Source: Candidatus Methylomirabilia bacterium (GTDB lineage: Bacteria > Methylomirabilota > Methylomirabilia > Rokubacteriales > CSP1-6). From it: 64,000 nt of DNA. This document shows, piece after piece, positions 9,404 to 20,155 of this stretch. The position numbers and the translations under genes are program-made. The notes under the pieces are model-generated. The model saw only the letters and a list, made by a program, of their open reading frames with translations. It did no database searches and was not told the origin of the DNA. Location of the stretch: positions 14,948 through 78,947 of the forward strand of contig JBHIBG010000008.1 in the NCBI GenBank assembly GCA_046758965.1, read 5' to 3'. The stretch's first letter is position 1. Each line of letters starts with the position of its first letter.

Positions 9404-9440
9404 GCAGAGTCAGTGGGACCATCGTTGCCGGAGGCCGCTC

Positions 9441-12302
9441 GTGACCGATCTCGAGCAGGATCTGCGCCGTGTCGTCGAAGGGGAGGTGCGCTTCGACAAG
9501 ATGACGCGCCTCCTTTACTCTACGGACGCCAGCATCTACCAGGTGGAGCCCGTGGGAGTGGTGCTCCCACGCGATACCGGCGATGTCCAAGCGGTCGTCG
9601 AGATCGCCAACCGCCACGGCGCGCCGATCTTGCCCCGGGGCGGAGGCACCTCGCTGGCGGGGCAGGCCGTGAACCGGGCCATCGTGCTGGACTTCTCCCC
9701 TCACATGAGCCGGGTGCTGGAGGTGAGCGCTGAGGAGGGGTGGTGCCGGGTCGAGCCGGGTGTGGTGCAGGATGAGCTGAACGCTCATCTCAAGCCGTTG
9801 GGGTTGCTCTTCGGTCCGGACACCTCCACCTCGAACCGCGCGACCCTGGGGGGGATGATCGGCAACAACTCCGCCGGCGCCCACTCCATCGCCTATGGGC
9901 TCACGGTTCACCACGTCCTCGAGCTGACCGTGCTCCTGGCTGACGGAAGCAAAGTGGTGCTCAAGGACCTGGCGCCCGAGGCCCTCCAGGCCAAATGCCG
10001 CGGCGACGGCCTCGAAGGGCAGATCTACCGGGAGGTCGTCCGTCTGGTGGGAGAGCACCGGGAGGAGATCCTGGCCCGGTATCCGAAGATCATGCGTCGC
10101 GTCTCCGGCTACAACCTGAACGAGTTCGTCGCGGCCCGGCCGTTCAACCTGGCACGCCTGGTCGTCGGCTCCGAGGGGACCCTGGCCACGGTCGTCGAGG
10201 CCAAGGTGCGGGTGGTCCCGCACCCGAAACACACCGCGCTCGATGTGATCCACTATGCTGGCCTCCAGGAGGCGCTCGAGTCCTCCGAGGCGATCCTCGA
10301 GACCGGGCCCTACGCCATGGAGGTGAGCGACAAGCTGATCCTGGACCTGGCCCGGGGCAATCTCGAGCAGTCCCAGCGCATGGGCTTCGTTCAGGGTGAC
10401 CCGGCGGCGATCATGATCGTCGAGTATGCCGGGGAGAGCGCGAGCGAGGTGCGCGCCAAGGTCGAGGCCCTGGAGCAGCGGCGCGCCCGGGCGCGGTTCG
10501 GCTACGCCGCCCACATCGCCTATGACGCCGCCGAGCAGCAGTCGATCTGGAAGCTCCGGAAGGCCGGACTCGGCCTGCTTCTGGGAATGAAAGGGGAGAA
10601 GAAGCCGATCGCGTTCGTCGAAGACACCGCTGTGGATCCAGCCAGGCTGGCCGCCTTCGTCCCCCGCTTCAGCGGGATCCTGGCCAAGCACGGGGCCCGG
10701 GCTGGGTACTACGGTCACTGCTCGGTCGGCTGCCTCCACATCCGGCCTCTGATCAACCTCAAGGAGGAGCGGGGCGTCCGTCAGATGGAGGCTATCGCCC
10801 GTGAGGTCGCTGAGCTGGTGCTGGAGTTCGGCGGCGCGCTCTCCGGGGAGCACGGCGACGGGCGGGCTCGGAGCCCCTTCAACGAGCGGCTCTTCGGCCC
10901 TCGCCTCTACGATGCCTTCCGCCAGGTCAAGCGCGCCTGGGATCCGAAAAGCGTAATGAACCCCGGCAACATCGTGGACGCGCCTGGGATGGCGGATGAC
11001 CTCCGCTACGGCCCGGCCTACGGCGCCTGGGAGCCCCGGACGCTCCTGGACTTCTCGGGGCAGGGCGGCTTTGCCGCCGCTGTGGAGATGTGCAACGGGA
11101 TCGGCGTCTGCCGGAAGAAGCTCGAGGGGACCATGTGTCCCTCCTACATGGCGACCCGGGATGAGGAGCACTCGACACGCGGGCGGGCAAACGCGCTGCG
11201 GGCGGTGCTCTCGGGCCAGGTGCCGGCCGCGGAGTTCACAGGCAAGCGTCTCTACGAGGTCATGGATCTCTGCCTCGAGTGCAAGGCGTGCAAGGCCGAG
11301 TGCCCGTCCAATGTGGACATGGCCAAGCTCAAGTATGAATTTCTGGCCCACTACCATGCGGCGAACGGGCTGCCGCTCCGGAACCGGTTCTTCGGGCGGA
11401 TCGAGCGAACCTCCCGGATCGGCTCGCGCCTGGCCCCGCTCTCGAACTGGGTGGCCAACTCGGCGCTGAGCCGATGGCTGCTCGAGCGCGTCCTCGGGAT
11501 TGACCGCAGACGCCCGCTGCCGCCGTTCGCGGCCGAGCCCTTCACCGAGTGGTTCAAGAGACGCCGGGGGGGCGGAACGGGCGAGCGGGGGGAAGTCATC
11601 CTCTTCCACGACACCTTCGTCACCTACAACACCCCCCGCATCGGGGAAGCCGCGGTGAAGCTCCTCGAGGCGGCGGGCTACCGGGTGGGGCTCGTGGACA
11701 AGCAGTGCTGCGCTCGGCCGCTGATTTCGAAGGGGCTGCTCCGTGAGGCCCGGTCTCATGCGTCCTGGAACGTTGGACTGCTCGCCCCCTACGCGCGCCG
11801 CGGCATCCCCATCGTGGGGCTGGAGCCCTCGTGCCTCCTGACGCTCAGGGATGAATATGTGGACTTTCTCAGGAGTGAGGACGCCGGAGCGGTGGCCCGC
11901 CAGAGCCTCCTCCTCGAAGAGTTCCTCCAGCGTGAGCGCGCCAACGGGCTCACGCTCGACTTCCGTGGCAACGGCCGCCAGGCCCTCCTCCATGGCCACT
12001 GCCACCAGAAGACGCTGGTCGGCACCGCCCCCACCGTGGCCATACTCCAGTGGGCCGGGTTTGACGTCCAGGAACTGGACTCGGGCTGCTGCGGGATGGC
12101 GGGGTCCTTCGGCTTCGAGCGCGAACACTACGAGCTTTCGATCTCCCTCGGCAATCGACGGCTTGTGCCTCAGGTGAAGGCGGCGGGAGCCGAGGTCGAG
12201 GTGGTGGCGCCGGGCATCTCCTGCCGCCAGCAGATCGAGCATCTGGCAGGGCGGCGGGCCAAGCATCCGGCGGAAGTTCTCTGGGAATCCCTCGGACGAT
12301 GA
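9441..12302 (+). CDS. FAD-linked oxidase with 4Fe-4S and CCG domains (GlcD/GlcF-type fusion, YdiJ-like)
   Basis: GTG 9441 after GGAGG; PRGGGTSLAGQ, GEHGDG, CNGIGVC, CLECKACKAECP, SGCCGMAGSFG. Confidence 0.9.
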   Translation: MTDLEQDLRRVVEGEVRFDKMTRLLYSTDASIYQVEPVGVVLPRDTGDVQAVVEIANRHGAPILPRGGGTSLAGQAVNRAIVLDFSPHMSRVLEVSAEEGWCRVEPGVVQDELNAHLKPLGLLFGPDTSTSNRATLGGMIGNNSAGAHSIAYGLTVHHVLELTVLLADGSKVVLKDLAPEALQAKCRGDGLEGQIYREVVRLVGEHREEILARYPKIMRRVSGYNLNEFVAARPFNLARLVVGSEGTLATVVEAKVRVVPHPKHTALDVIHYAGLQEALESSEAILETGPYAMEVSDKLILDLARGNLEQSQRMGFVQGDPAAIMIVEYAGESASEVRAKVEALEQRRARARFGYAAHIAYDAAEQQSIWKLRKAGLGLLLGMKGEKKPIAFVEDTAVDPARLAAFVPRFSGILAKHGARAGYYGHCSVGCLHIRPLINLKEERGVRQMEAIAREVAELVLEFGGALSGEHGDGRARSPFNERLFGPRLYDAFRQVKRAWDPKSVMNPGNIVDAPGMADDLRYGPAYGAWEPRTLLDFSGQGGFAAAVEMCNGIGVCRKKLEGTMCPSYMATRDEEHSTRGRANALRAVLSGQVPAAEFTGKRLYEVMDLCLECKACKAECPSNVDMAKLKYEFLAHYHAANGLPLRNRFFGRIERTSRIGSRLAPLSNWVANSALSRWLLERVLGIDRRRPLPPFAAEPFTEWFKRRRGGGTGERGEVILFHDTFVTYNTPRIGEAAVKLLEAAGYRVGLVDKQCCARPLISKGLLREARSHASWNVGLLAPYARRGIPIVGLEPSCLLTLRDEYVDFLRSEDAGAVARQSLLLEEFLQRERANGLTLDFRGNGRQALLHGHCHQKTLVGTAPTVAILQWAGFDVQELDSGCCGMAGSFGFEREHYELSISLGNRRLVPQVKAAGAEVEVVAPGISCRQQIEHLAGRRAKHPAEVLWESLGR

Positions 12303-12330
12303 TCCGGGGGGAGCCCCTCATTCCGAGGGC

Positions 12331-13068
12331 ATGGCCGCGCTCCTGAGCGTCTTGACGGTCCTCCTGGCCTCCTTCATCAAGGGGGCCATCGGCTTCGGCT
12401 TTCCGACTGTTGCGACTCCCGTCCTCGCTCTCTTTATGGACGTTAAGGCCGCGGTCGTGATCTTGATCCTTCCCAATCTGGTGATGGACGGGATCCTGGC
12501 TCTGCGCCGTCGCGGGCTCTCTCAGACCGTTCGCCGCCACGCCGTGCTGTACAGCTTCGGCGTCCTCGGGACCTTCGTGGGAACCTACCTCCTGAAGGTC
12601 ATCGCCTCCAGGCTGGCGCTCTTGATTCTCGGCGGGCTGGTGATGACCTTCGTGGCGGTGAATCTGAGCCGGATCACCTTCCGGGTGGAGCCGCGGTGGG
12701 AACGACTGCTGTCGGCGCCGGCCGGCTGTTTCGCCGGGGTGCTGGGAGGGGTCACCAACATCCCCGGCCTGCCACTCGTCCTCTATTTCTATGCGCTCGG
12801 GCTGGAGAAGGGAGAGTTCGTCCGCTCCCTGGCGCTGGGGTTCGTCGTCTACAAGGGGGCGCAGCTTGTGGCGGTGACCCAGGCCGGCCTCGTGACGCCT
12901 TCCCTCCTCGGCCTCTCAGTGGTGGTGACCGTGGTCGGGTTGGGCGTCTTCTGGCTCGGCCTCCGCGTCCAGGACCGGGTGGACCAGGCGACGTTCAGCC
13001 GGGCCGTGCTCGCCTTCCTGACCCTTGTCGGGGCCTTTCTGGTTTTCCGCGTGTTCTACGGGGCCTGA
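12331..13068 (+). CDS. TauE/SafE (sulfite exporter family) membrane protein
   Basis: Hydrophobic 245 aa; KGAIGFG and GVLGG..PG.P repeats. Confidence 0.82.
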   Translation: MAALLSVLTVLLASFIKGAIGFGFPTVATPVLALFMDVKAAVVILILPNLVMDGILALRRRGLSQTVRRHAVLYSFGVLGTFVGTYLLKVIASRLALLILGGLVMTFVAVNLSRITFRVEPRWERLLSAPAGCFAGVLGGVTNIPGLPLVLYFYALGLEKGEFVRSLALGFVVYKGAQLVAVTQAGLVTPSLLGLSVVVTVVGLGVFWLGLRVQDRVDQATFSRAVLAFLTLVGAFLVFRVFYGA

Positions 13069-13377
13069 GGCCTTTTGAGCGCCTGACCCTTCTTCGGCGT
13101 TCTTCCCTCGCAGTGTTGGTAGCAGACCACTGCCGGCGCGGAGGGAAGGTCTAGATAATCCTTACTCTTAGAAAGCTATGGACTGTGCAAGTGCCTCGGT
13201 GGGATCTCCGGACGTGCAGCCATTTTGGGCTTGACATGGTTGAACGGCCCGCTTATAAGCACTCTACAGCCCTTGGCCATGGTGAGAGGTTGAAGGGCCG
13301 GTGCGTCCTTGGATGCCGCTTCGACGCCTCGCCCAAGGGAGTGTCCATCACCGCCTAGTCCAAATGGAGGGTTGACC

Positions 13378-14625
13378 ATGAAGAGACTTATCGCCTCTCT
13401 CGTAGCTGCACTGTTCCTGGCCGGCCTTGTGCCAACGATGGCCATGGCAGGAGAAACGGTGGCCATCCGCCTCGGGGCCTTCTGGGTCATGAGCGGCATC
13501 TTCAAGAGCTTCGGCGTGAATTCCAAGGCGGTCTACAAGGCGTACGTGGACGAGCTCCACGCCAAAGGCGGCGTCAAGCTGAAGGACGGCCGCATTGGGC
13601 GTATCGAAACCACGTTCTACGACACGGCCTGCAACGCCGAGCAGGGTATCGCCATAACGCGGAAGATGGCCACGCGGGACAAGGTCTTGTTGGCGGTGGG
13701 ACCCGTCTGCTCGAGCGTGTTGGAACCCATCTTCGGGACCCTGCAGAAGAAGCTCGATGATCCCAGCGACACGGGGCTCCAGTTCATGGTGTTCTCCGAC
13801 ACGTCGATCAAGACCGGGTTGGGGAAGATCTCGGCCTGGGGATTCCGAGCCTCGCCGGACGAGAACGCGATGTATCTGGATGTCATGAAGCATCTGAAGG
13901 CCCTCGGTTACAAGACCATCGCCTTCGGCTACGAAGATGACTTCGCCCACTCCACAGCCACCTACAAGAAGGTGATGCGCCCGCACGCGAAAAAGGTCGG
14001 CCTCGAGGTGGTGAGCGATCAGGCCTGGCATTTCACGGACACCGAGTTCAGCACTCAGGCCCGAAAGATCCGCGCGGCGAAGGCCGACGTCCTAGCCTTG
14101 TCATCGCATCCCTTCACGACCTGCGGCTTCATGCGGGAAGCGAAGCGGCAGCGGATCCGCTACAAGCTGCTGCTCGGCCTGACCTCCTCGTCATCGATCG
14201 AAACTCTGCAGGGTTGCGCGAGAGAGGTCGAGGGGGTGATCATCCCCACGGCCTTCGCCCCTGTGAACCCCGAGGCGGTACGTATCGCGAAGCTGGTGAA
14301 CAAATACGGCGGCTTCATGGACATTCACAGCGCGGCGGTCTGGGAAGTGATGGATGCGTTGGTCCAGGCCTTCGAAAACGTCGAGCTTGGGCTCAAGCCG
14401 GAGACGTTGCAGTCGGACCGGCGAAAGATTCGTGACTACGTGGCCAAGATTGGGAAGTGGCAGGGCCTCTTGGGGACGATCATCTCGAAAAACAATGAGC
14501 CCCAATCCCACGACGGCGACGTCAGCAAGCCCTGGCTGCTGGCCGAGGCCCAAGGCGGCAAGTGGGGGATCTACTGGCGGCCCAAGGTGCTAGGCGGTAA
14601 GGGCCCCCTCAAGGGCGCTGAATAA
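13378..14625 (+). CDS. Liv-type ABC transporter periplasmic substrate-binding protein
   Basis: ATG 13378 after GGAGG; signal peptide; YDTAC...VGPVCS; DTEFSTQARKIRAAKAD. Confidence 0.85.
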   Translation: MKRLIASLVAALFLAGLVPTMAMAGETVAIRLGAFWVMSGIFKSFGVNSKAVYKAYVDELHAKGGVKLKDGRIGRIETTFYDTACNAEQGIAITRKMATRDKVLLAVGPVCSSVLEPIFGTLQKKLDDPSDTGLQFMVFSDTSIKTGLGKISAWGFRASPDENAMYLDVMKHLKALGYKTIAFGYEDDFAHSTATYKKVMRPHAKKVGLEVVSDQAWHFTDTEFSTQARKIRAAKADVLALSSHPFTTCGFMREAKRQRIRYKLLLGLTSSSSIETLQGCAREVEGVIIPTAFAPVNPEAVRIAKLVNKYGGFMDIHSAAVWEVMDALVQAFENVELGLKPETLQSDRRKIRDYVAKIGKWQGLLGTIISKNNEPQSHDGDVSKPWLLAEAQGGKWGIYWRPKVLGGKGPLKGAE

Positions 14626-14961
14626 GCCGCTGCTGTGAACCGTTCTTCCGTGTGCCCCTCGTCGCGGTTATTCCGCGGCGAGGGGCATTGGGGGCCGCCC
14701 AAGGGCAATCCCGGCTCTGACGGGACGCCTAGCGGCGACGGTCGCGGTACCCCGCCACTTCGGCTCGCCGATCCAGGCCTCGGCGACGGACGGCGGCCCC
14801 AACAACCTGGTCACTCCGACGGTCAATTGCGCCACCTGATCATCCGGGGGGCCATCCCCCGGACCGGCATCGAGTGCCTCAGAGACCGACCACGGCATCC
14901 GACAGCGGCCGAAGCCCGGGCCGACGCCGCGGCCCCGAAGGCTGCGTGAGACAGTAGAGAG

Positions 14962-15840
14962 ATGCTTGAATCGCTCATCGATGGCTTTCTCTATGGCTTC
15001 AGCTACTCCCTGATCGGGATCGGCTTCACCCTCATCTTCGGCCTGATGCAGAAATTCAACCTCGCCTATGGCCCGACGGCGATCGCCGGGGCTTACCTCG
15101 GGTTGGCCGTGCATCGCCTCAGCGGCGAAGCCGTGCCGAGCTTCGTCCTGTTTGCCATTGCAGTGATCGGGGCCGGTGTCATCGGGTGGATCGTGTACCT
15201 CGCGTGTTTTCGCTTCCTCCCCGAGGGGTACGAACTGGCCCCGTTGATGAGCACGATGGGCATGTTGATCCTGATCGAGGAGGTCCTCGCCCACGCAACC
15301 GATGCCCAGCCTTTCGAATTCCCAAACCCCATCATCTACGGGGCGTTCGAGTTTGCAGATGGCGACATCATTTTGCGCCACGATTATCTCGTGCTCGCTG
15401 GCATGGCTCTGCTGGTCCTGGGGCTGCTGTACTATGTCATCTTTCACACACCGCTCGGCCTGGCCACGCGAGCGGTCTCGGAGCAACCCGTGGCAGCCGA
15501 GCTGTGCGGGGCCGTGATCCACCGTGTCAACACCATGGTGTTTATCCTCTCCTCGGCCATCGGGGGCGCCACCGGCTTCATGGTCGCCATGACCGTCGGC
15601 GCCATCATTCCGGCCCTGGCCAGTCTGATGACCGTCAAAGGGCTGGTGGTGGCGGTCTTCGGAGGCTTGGGCAGTATCCCCGGGGCCCTTATCGCCGGCT
15701 TGGTGCTGGGCATGCTGGAAATGGAAACCAACTATCTGTTCGGCGTCACCATCCGCGACATGGTGGCGTACTTCGTCCTGTTTTCCGTGCTGGTCGTGCG
15801 CCCGGGGGGGTTGCTGGGCAAACAGGCCGTGTACCACTAA
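14962..15840 (+). CDS. LivH-like permease (set 1)
   Basis: YSLIGIGFTLIFG..NLAYG; GGLGSIPGA. Confidence 0.88.
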   Translation: MLESLIDGFLYGFSYSLIGIGFTLIFGLMQKFNLAYGPTAIAGAYLGLAVHRLSGEAVPSFVLFAIAVIGAGVIGWIVYLACFRFLPEGYELAPLMSTMGMLILIEEVLAHATDAQPFEFPNPIIYGAFEFADGDIILRHDYLVLAGMALLVLGLLYYVIFHTPLGLATRAVSEQPVAAELCGAVIHRVNTMVFILSSAIGGATGFMVAMTVGAIIPALASLMTVKGLVVAVFGGLGSIPGALIAGLVLGMLEMETNYLFGVTIRDMVAYFVLFSVLVVRPGGLLGKQAVYH

Positions 15841-15894
15841 TGTGACCGCGCGGGTCTGGTCTTGCTCCCGCAGGGAGGAAGGCTTGGGGTCGTC

Positions 15895-16821
15895 ATGGAG
15901 TACTGGAACGCCCTCCTGATTCAAACCGGCTTTCACATTCTGCTGGGGTTGTCGGTCTATACCGTCGCGCTGACGGGACAGATCTCCTTCGGCCAGCAAG
16001 GATTTTATGCCATCGGGGCCTATCTCTCGGCGATTGCCACCACCCTCTGGGGCGTCCCTCTCCTGCCGGCCCTGCTGCTGGGAACCGTTGCCAGCGCCGT
16101 AATCGGGTTTCTGGTCGGGTTTCCGGCGCTGCGGGTGCGGGGCCTGTATCTGGCCATTGCCACCTTTGCCTTTGGGGAGATCGTCCGGCTCGGCGCTCTC
16201 AACCTCTACTACACTCGTAAGGTCGGCGATGCCGAGGTAGGACCGGTCGGGACGGAAGGCTTCCGCCACATCAGGTACTTTCCTGCGCACGGCTGGACCA
16301 TGGGGGATATCACGATTCTGGTGGGCGTCGTCGTCTTTCTGGTGCTGGTGCTGTACGCCTTCCTGGAGCGCTCGCGGTTGGGGAAAACCATGAGAGCGGT
16401 CGGCGCAGACGAGCTGGCCGCCTCGATGGTCGGGATCGGTGTGGTGTGGGTCAAAGTGGGGGCGTTCGCCATCGGGGCCGCCGTCGCCGGCCTGGGTGGG
16501 GGGTTGTACGCGCACTACACCTCCTTTCTCGGTCCCCAAGCGTTCGGGCTATCCCTGGCAATCATCGCGGTCGCCTATGCGCTCGTCGGAGGCTTGGGCA
16601 GTTTCCTGGGACCGGTGGCGGGCGTGGTGTTCTTCTTGATTCTCACCGAGGGCCTGCGTTTCCTCGGCGAGTATCGCATGATCATTTATGGTGTCGTCGT
16701 CGTGATCGCGATGAACGTGCGTCCCCGCGGGTTCATTGACGAAGCGCTCATTCACCGTCTCAAGCGTCGCATGAACCGTAGGTTCGAGGTCCGCGAGGAG
16801 CGTGCCGATGCTCGTTCTTGA
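15895..16821 (+). CDS. LivM-like permease (set 1)
   Basis: GQISFGQQGFYAIGAY; LRVRGLYLAIATFAFGE. Confidence 0.88.
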   Translation: MEYWNALLIQTGFHILLGLSVYTVALTGQISFGQQGFYAIGAYLSAIATTLWGVPLLPALLLGTVASAVIGFLVGFPALRVRGLYLAIATFAFGEIVRLGALNLYYTRKVGDAEVGPVGTEGFRHIRYFPAHGWTMGDITILVGVVVFLVLVLYAFLERSRLGKTMRAVGADELAASMVGIGVVWVKVGAFAIGAAVAGLGGGLYAHYTSFLGPQAFGLSLAIIAVAYALVGGLGSFLGPVAGVVFFLILTEGLRFLGEYRMIIYGVVVVIAMNVRPRGFIDEALIHRLKRRMNRRFEVREERADARS

Positions 16822-17548
16822 CCGCGTAGCGAAGCATTTCGGTGGGCTCCGGGCCGTCGATCAGGTGTCCTTTGAGGTCAACGCCGGTGAGATTGTGGGG
16901 CTGATCGGCCCGAATGGCTCCGGCAAGAGCACCACGCTCAACCTGATCACCAGAGTGTATCCCCTCACCTCCGGCGCCATCTCCTTCGAGGGCCGTGACA
17001 TCACACACCTGGCAACGCATCAGGTGATCCGCGCCGGCATCGCCCGCACGTTTCAGAACATCCGGCTGTTCAACAACCTGACCGTATGGGAGAACCTCTG
17101 GGTGGCAGTCCGGGGGCAGGGCGGTTCCGGCTGGAAACGCTGGTTCACCATGGATCAGTCCGCGCGCGCCTGGATCGATGACATTCTGGGGTACTGCCAC
17201 CTGCGCCACCGTCGCAATGACCTGGCCGGCCACATCAGCTTTGGCGAGGCCCGCCGGCTGGAAGTGGCACGCGGCATGGCCGCCGATCCCAGGCTGCTGA
17301 TGCTGGACGAACCTGCGGCCGGCATGAATGCGGCAGAGATCGCCGAGCTCATCGACACCATCCGCTCCCTCCGGCAGCGAGGCACCACCATTCTCCTGAT
17401 CGATCACGTTCTGGATCTGGTGATGAATGTCGCCGAACGGGTGGTGGTCCTGAATTTCGGCCAGAAGCTGGCGGAAGGGTCGCCGGCGAGCCTCCGAGCC
17501 AACCCCGAGGTGCGCGCCGCCTACCTGGGGACCACGGAGCATCCCTGA
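16802..17548 (+). CDS. LivG-like ABC ATPase (set 1)
   Basis: [22 protein letters not shown]. Confidence 0.9.
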   Translation: MPMLVLDRVAKHFGGLRAVDQVSFEVNAGEIVGLIGPNGSGKSTTLNLITRVYPLTSGAISFEGRDITHLATHQVIRAGIARTFQNIRLFNNLTVWENLWVAVRGQGGSGWKRWFTMDQSARAWIDDILGYCHLRHRRNDLAGHISFGEARRLEVARGMAADPRLLMLDEPAAGMNAAEIAELIDTIRSLRQRGTTILLIDHVLDLVMNVAERVVVLNFGQKLAEGSPASLRANPEVRAAYLGTTEHP

Positions 17549-18267
17549 TGCTGCGCGTCTCCGATCTGCGCGTGAGTTACGGCAGGATCGAGGTCCTGCA
17601 CGGCATCTCCTTTGAGGCCAAGGCGGCGGAGGTGACCTGTCTGATCGGCCCCAACGGGGCGGGGAAAAGCACCACCCTGGCCACCCTCGCCGGCGTCCTC
17701 CGCGCCGGCAGCGGGCGGGTGCAGTTTGGCGACAAGGACCTCACGGGGCTGTCGCCGCCGACCATTGTGGGCTGCGGGCTGTCTCTGGTGCCCGAAAACC
17801 GCATGATCTTCCCGGGGCTGTCTGTGCGCGAGAATCTCCGCATGGGGGCTTACCAGCGCCTGCGCACGGACAAGGGTGGTGTGGCCGAAGATATCGGGAG
17901 AATGCTCGGCTATTTTCCGCCGCTGCGGGAGCGTCTGGACCAGGAAGCCGGGACGCTGAGTGGTGGCGAGCAGCAGATGCTGGCCGTGGCTCGGGCGCTG
18001 ATGGCCCGGCCGAAGATGCTCATGCTCGACGAACCGTCGTTGGGTCTGGGGCCGATCGTCGTGGCGGAGATCTTCGAGATCATCCGTGCCTTGCACCGGG
18101 AGGGCGTAAGCATCCTGCTGGTGGAGCAAAACGTCCAGTGGGCGCTCTCGTGTGCGCAACATGTCGTCGTGCTGGAGCTGGGGCAGGTCGCCTTTGACGG
18201 CAGCCCGGCGGCCTTTTCCGCCTCGGAGGTCATCCACAAGGCGTACCTCGGGCGCACGAGCGACTAG
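17548..18267 (+). CDS. LivF-like ABC ATPase (set 1)
   Basis: GPNGAGKST; LSGGEQQM; LDEPSLGL; VEQN. Confidence 0.9.
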   Translation: MLRVSDLRVSYGRIEVLHGISFEAKAAEVTCLIGPNGAGKSTTLATLAGVLRAGSGRVQFGDKDLTGLSPPTIVGCGLSLVPENRMIFPGLSVRENLRMGAYQRLRTDKGGVAEDIGRMLGYFPPLRERLDQEAGTLSGGEQQMLAVARALMARPKMLMLDEPSLGLGPIVVAEIFEIIRALHREGVSILLVEQNVQWALSCAQHVVVLELGQVAFDGSPAAFSASEVIHKAYLGRTSD

Positions 18268-18279
18268 GCGCTGTTTGCT

Positions 18280-19194
18280 GTGCAACTCTTGATCGACGTC
18301 ATTCAAAATTGCCTCGACGGGATCATGGTGGGAGCTTCCTACGCCCTTCTCGGCCTGGGGTTTTCCCTGATCTTCGGCGTCTTGCGGCGGCTCAATCTGG
18401 CCTTCGGCCCGACCATTCTCATCGGAGTGTTTGCGGGCTCGACCACGCTGGCGTTTCTGCCTGGGCAGCCGTTCCTGGCATTCCTGATCACGATCCTGAT
18501 GACGATGGTGGCCGGAGTGTATGTCGAACGATTGTGCTTTCGGGCCATCCGGCAAGAAGCGGCGCTGGCCTCGATGGTCAGCAGCTTCGCTATCTGGATG
18601 CAGTTGGAGGAGATGGTCATCCAATCGCCGTGGAGCCAACTGTACCAGTATCCGTTTCCGGCGCCTGTTGCGATGGGGTCCCTGGAGGTCGCACCGTTCC
18701 TGATTCGCACCGACTACCTGTTGATATGGGTATCAACGGTGATCTTGACGGTGCTGCTCTCGTGGGTCATCTACCGCACGCGGTTCGGCAGGACCATGCG
18801 AGCCGTGGCGCACAATCCTCACGCTGCCCGGATGCTCGGACTCAATGTCCATCGTGTCGGCTTTCAGGCATTCCTGCTCGCGTCCGCCATTGGCGGCCTC
18901 GCCGGGTACCTCATTGCCATCAGCCAGCAGCAAGTGACCCCGTTCTTCGGTCTGTGGGCCACCATCAAGGGGTTGATCGCCATGATTATCGGCGGCATGG
19001 GGTCGATTCCCGGCGCCATCATGGGGGGCATGCTCCTGGGCGTAATCGAAATCCAGGCCGAGTGGTTCCTGGGCAATGAGTTTAGGGATCTGGTGGCGTA
19101 TTTTCTCCTGTTCGCCTTCTTGATCCTCAAGCCGGCGGGATTGTTCGGGGCGCCCGGCGGGGAGGAGTGGGCCTCTCAGACCCAACGCGCCTGA
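18280..19194 (+). CDS. LivH-like permease (set 2)
   Basis: YALLGLGFSLIFG..NLAFG; GGMGSIPGA. Confidence 0.88.
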   Translation: MQLLIDVIQNCLDGIMVGASYALLGLGFSLIFGVLRRLNLAFGPTILIGVFAGSTTLAFLPGQPFLAFLITILMTMVAGVYVERLCFRAIRQEAALASMVSSFAIWMQLEEMVIQSPWSQLYQYPFPAPVAMGSLEVAPFLIRTDYLLIWVSTVILTVLLSWVIYRTRFGRTMRAVAHNPHAARMLGLNVHRVGFQAFLLASAIGGLAGYLIAISQQQVTPFFGLWATIKGLIAMIIGGMGSIPGAIMGGMLLGVIEIQAEWFLGNEFRDLVAYFLLFAFLILKPAGLFGAPGGEEWASQTQRA

Positions 19195-19197
19195 GCC

Positions 19198-20145
19198 GTG
19201 GAGTACTTTCTCACCGTTTTCGCCAACATCGGCATGATCGCCTTCGTGGCTCTGAGCGCCTATCTCCTGCTCGTTGTCGGGCAGATTTCCTTCGGCCAGC
19301 AGGGGTTCTTTGCCATCGGCGCCTACGCGGCTGCCATCTGCACCGCGGTCTGGCAACTTCCCCTGAGCGTGGCGATCTGTCTCGGCACGCTGGCTGCCGG
19401 AGCCGCCGGCTTCCTGCTGGGGCTTCCCACCTTGCGCCTGCGCGGGCTCTATTTCGCCATCGGGACGCTGGCTTTCGCCGAGATGGTGCGCTTGCTGCTG
19501 ATCGTGTTCCGCTACCAGGTCGAGATCGACGGCGAGCTGGTCGGGCCCGAAGGCTCGCAGGGCTTCCGGAACATTCGCTACATTTTTGAGAACGACGTGA
19601 GCACGTGGGAGTTCGTGGTGTTGATCTATAGCCTGCTGGCCGTGGTGGTGGCGGGCCTCTTTTTCCTCGAATACACCCGGCTGGGGTCGATCTTCCGCAT
19701 GCTGGGCGAGGATGAGCTGGCGACGTCGATGCAAGGCGTTGACGTCACCGTCTCCAAACTGCTGGCAGTGACGCTCTCAGGCCTCATTGCCGGCGTGGGC
19801 GGGACCCTGTTTGCCCACTTTACGACCTACCTGGAACCGCGTAATTTCGGCATCATGCTCGGGGTCCATAGCCTGGCCTATGGTCTCATCGGTGGTCTGG
19901 GCACGGTGTTTGGCCCGCTGATCGGTGTCGGCATCGATATTGGCCTGCTGGAGTCCCTGCGCTGGTTGAGCGCGTACCGCATGATCGTGTTCGGCGGGCT
20001 CGTTGCGGTGCTGCTGATCTTCCGCCATCGCGGGCTGCTTGATGAGGAGCTGATTCACCGCCTACGCCTGACATGGCGTGGCAGATCGCGGATCGCGAAC
20101 CCCGGATCGCCGATAGAAAGAGCCGGTACCCCTTCTGCCTCTTGA
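19198..20145 (+). CDS. LivM-like permease (set 2)
   Basis: GQISFGQQGFFAIGAY; LRLRGLYFAIGTLAFAE. Confidence 0.88.
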   Translation: MEYFLTVFANIGMIAFVALSAYLLLVVGQISFGQQGFFAIGAYAAAICTAVWQLPLSVAICLGTLAAGAAGFLLGLPTLRLRGLYFAIGTLAFAEMVRLLLIVFRYQVEIDGELVGPEGSQGFRNIRYIFENDVSTWEFVVLIYSLLAVVVAGLFFLEYTRLGSIFRMLGEDELATSMQGVDVTVSKLLAVTLSGLIAGVGGTLFAHFTTYLEPRNFGIMLGVHSLAYGLIGGLGTVFGPLIGVGIDIGLLESLRWLSAYRMIVFGGLVAVLLIFRHRGLLDEELIHRLRLTWRGRSRIANPGSPIERAGTPSAS

Positions 20146-20155
20146 TGAAGGTTCC

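Noticed and set aside
14635..14949. 104-aa ORF between the binding protein and first permease
   Set aside because: Pro/Gly/Arg-rich, no RBS or motif; treated as intergenic.
3894..16539. Very long minus-strand ORFs (3894-6014, 9240-12266, 14668-16539)
   Set aside because: Antisense shadows of well-supported plus-strand genes, typical of high-GC codon usage.
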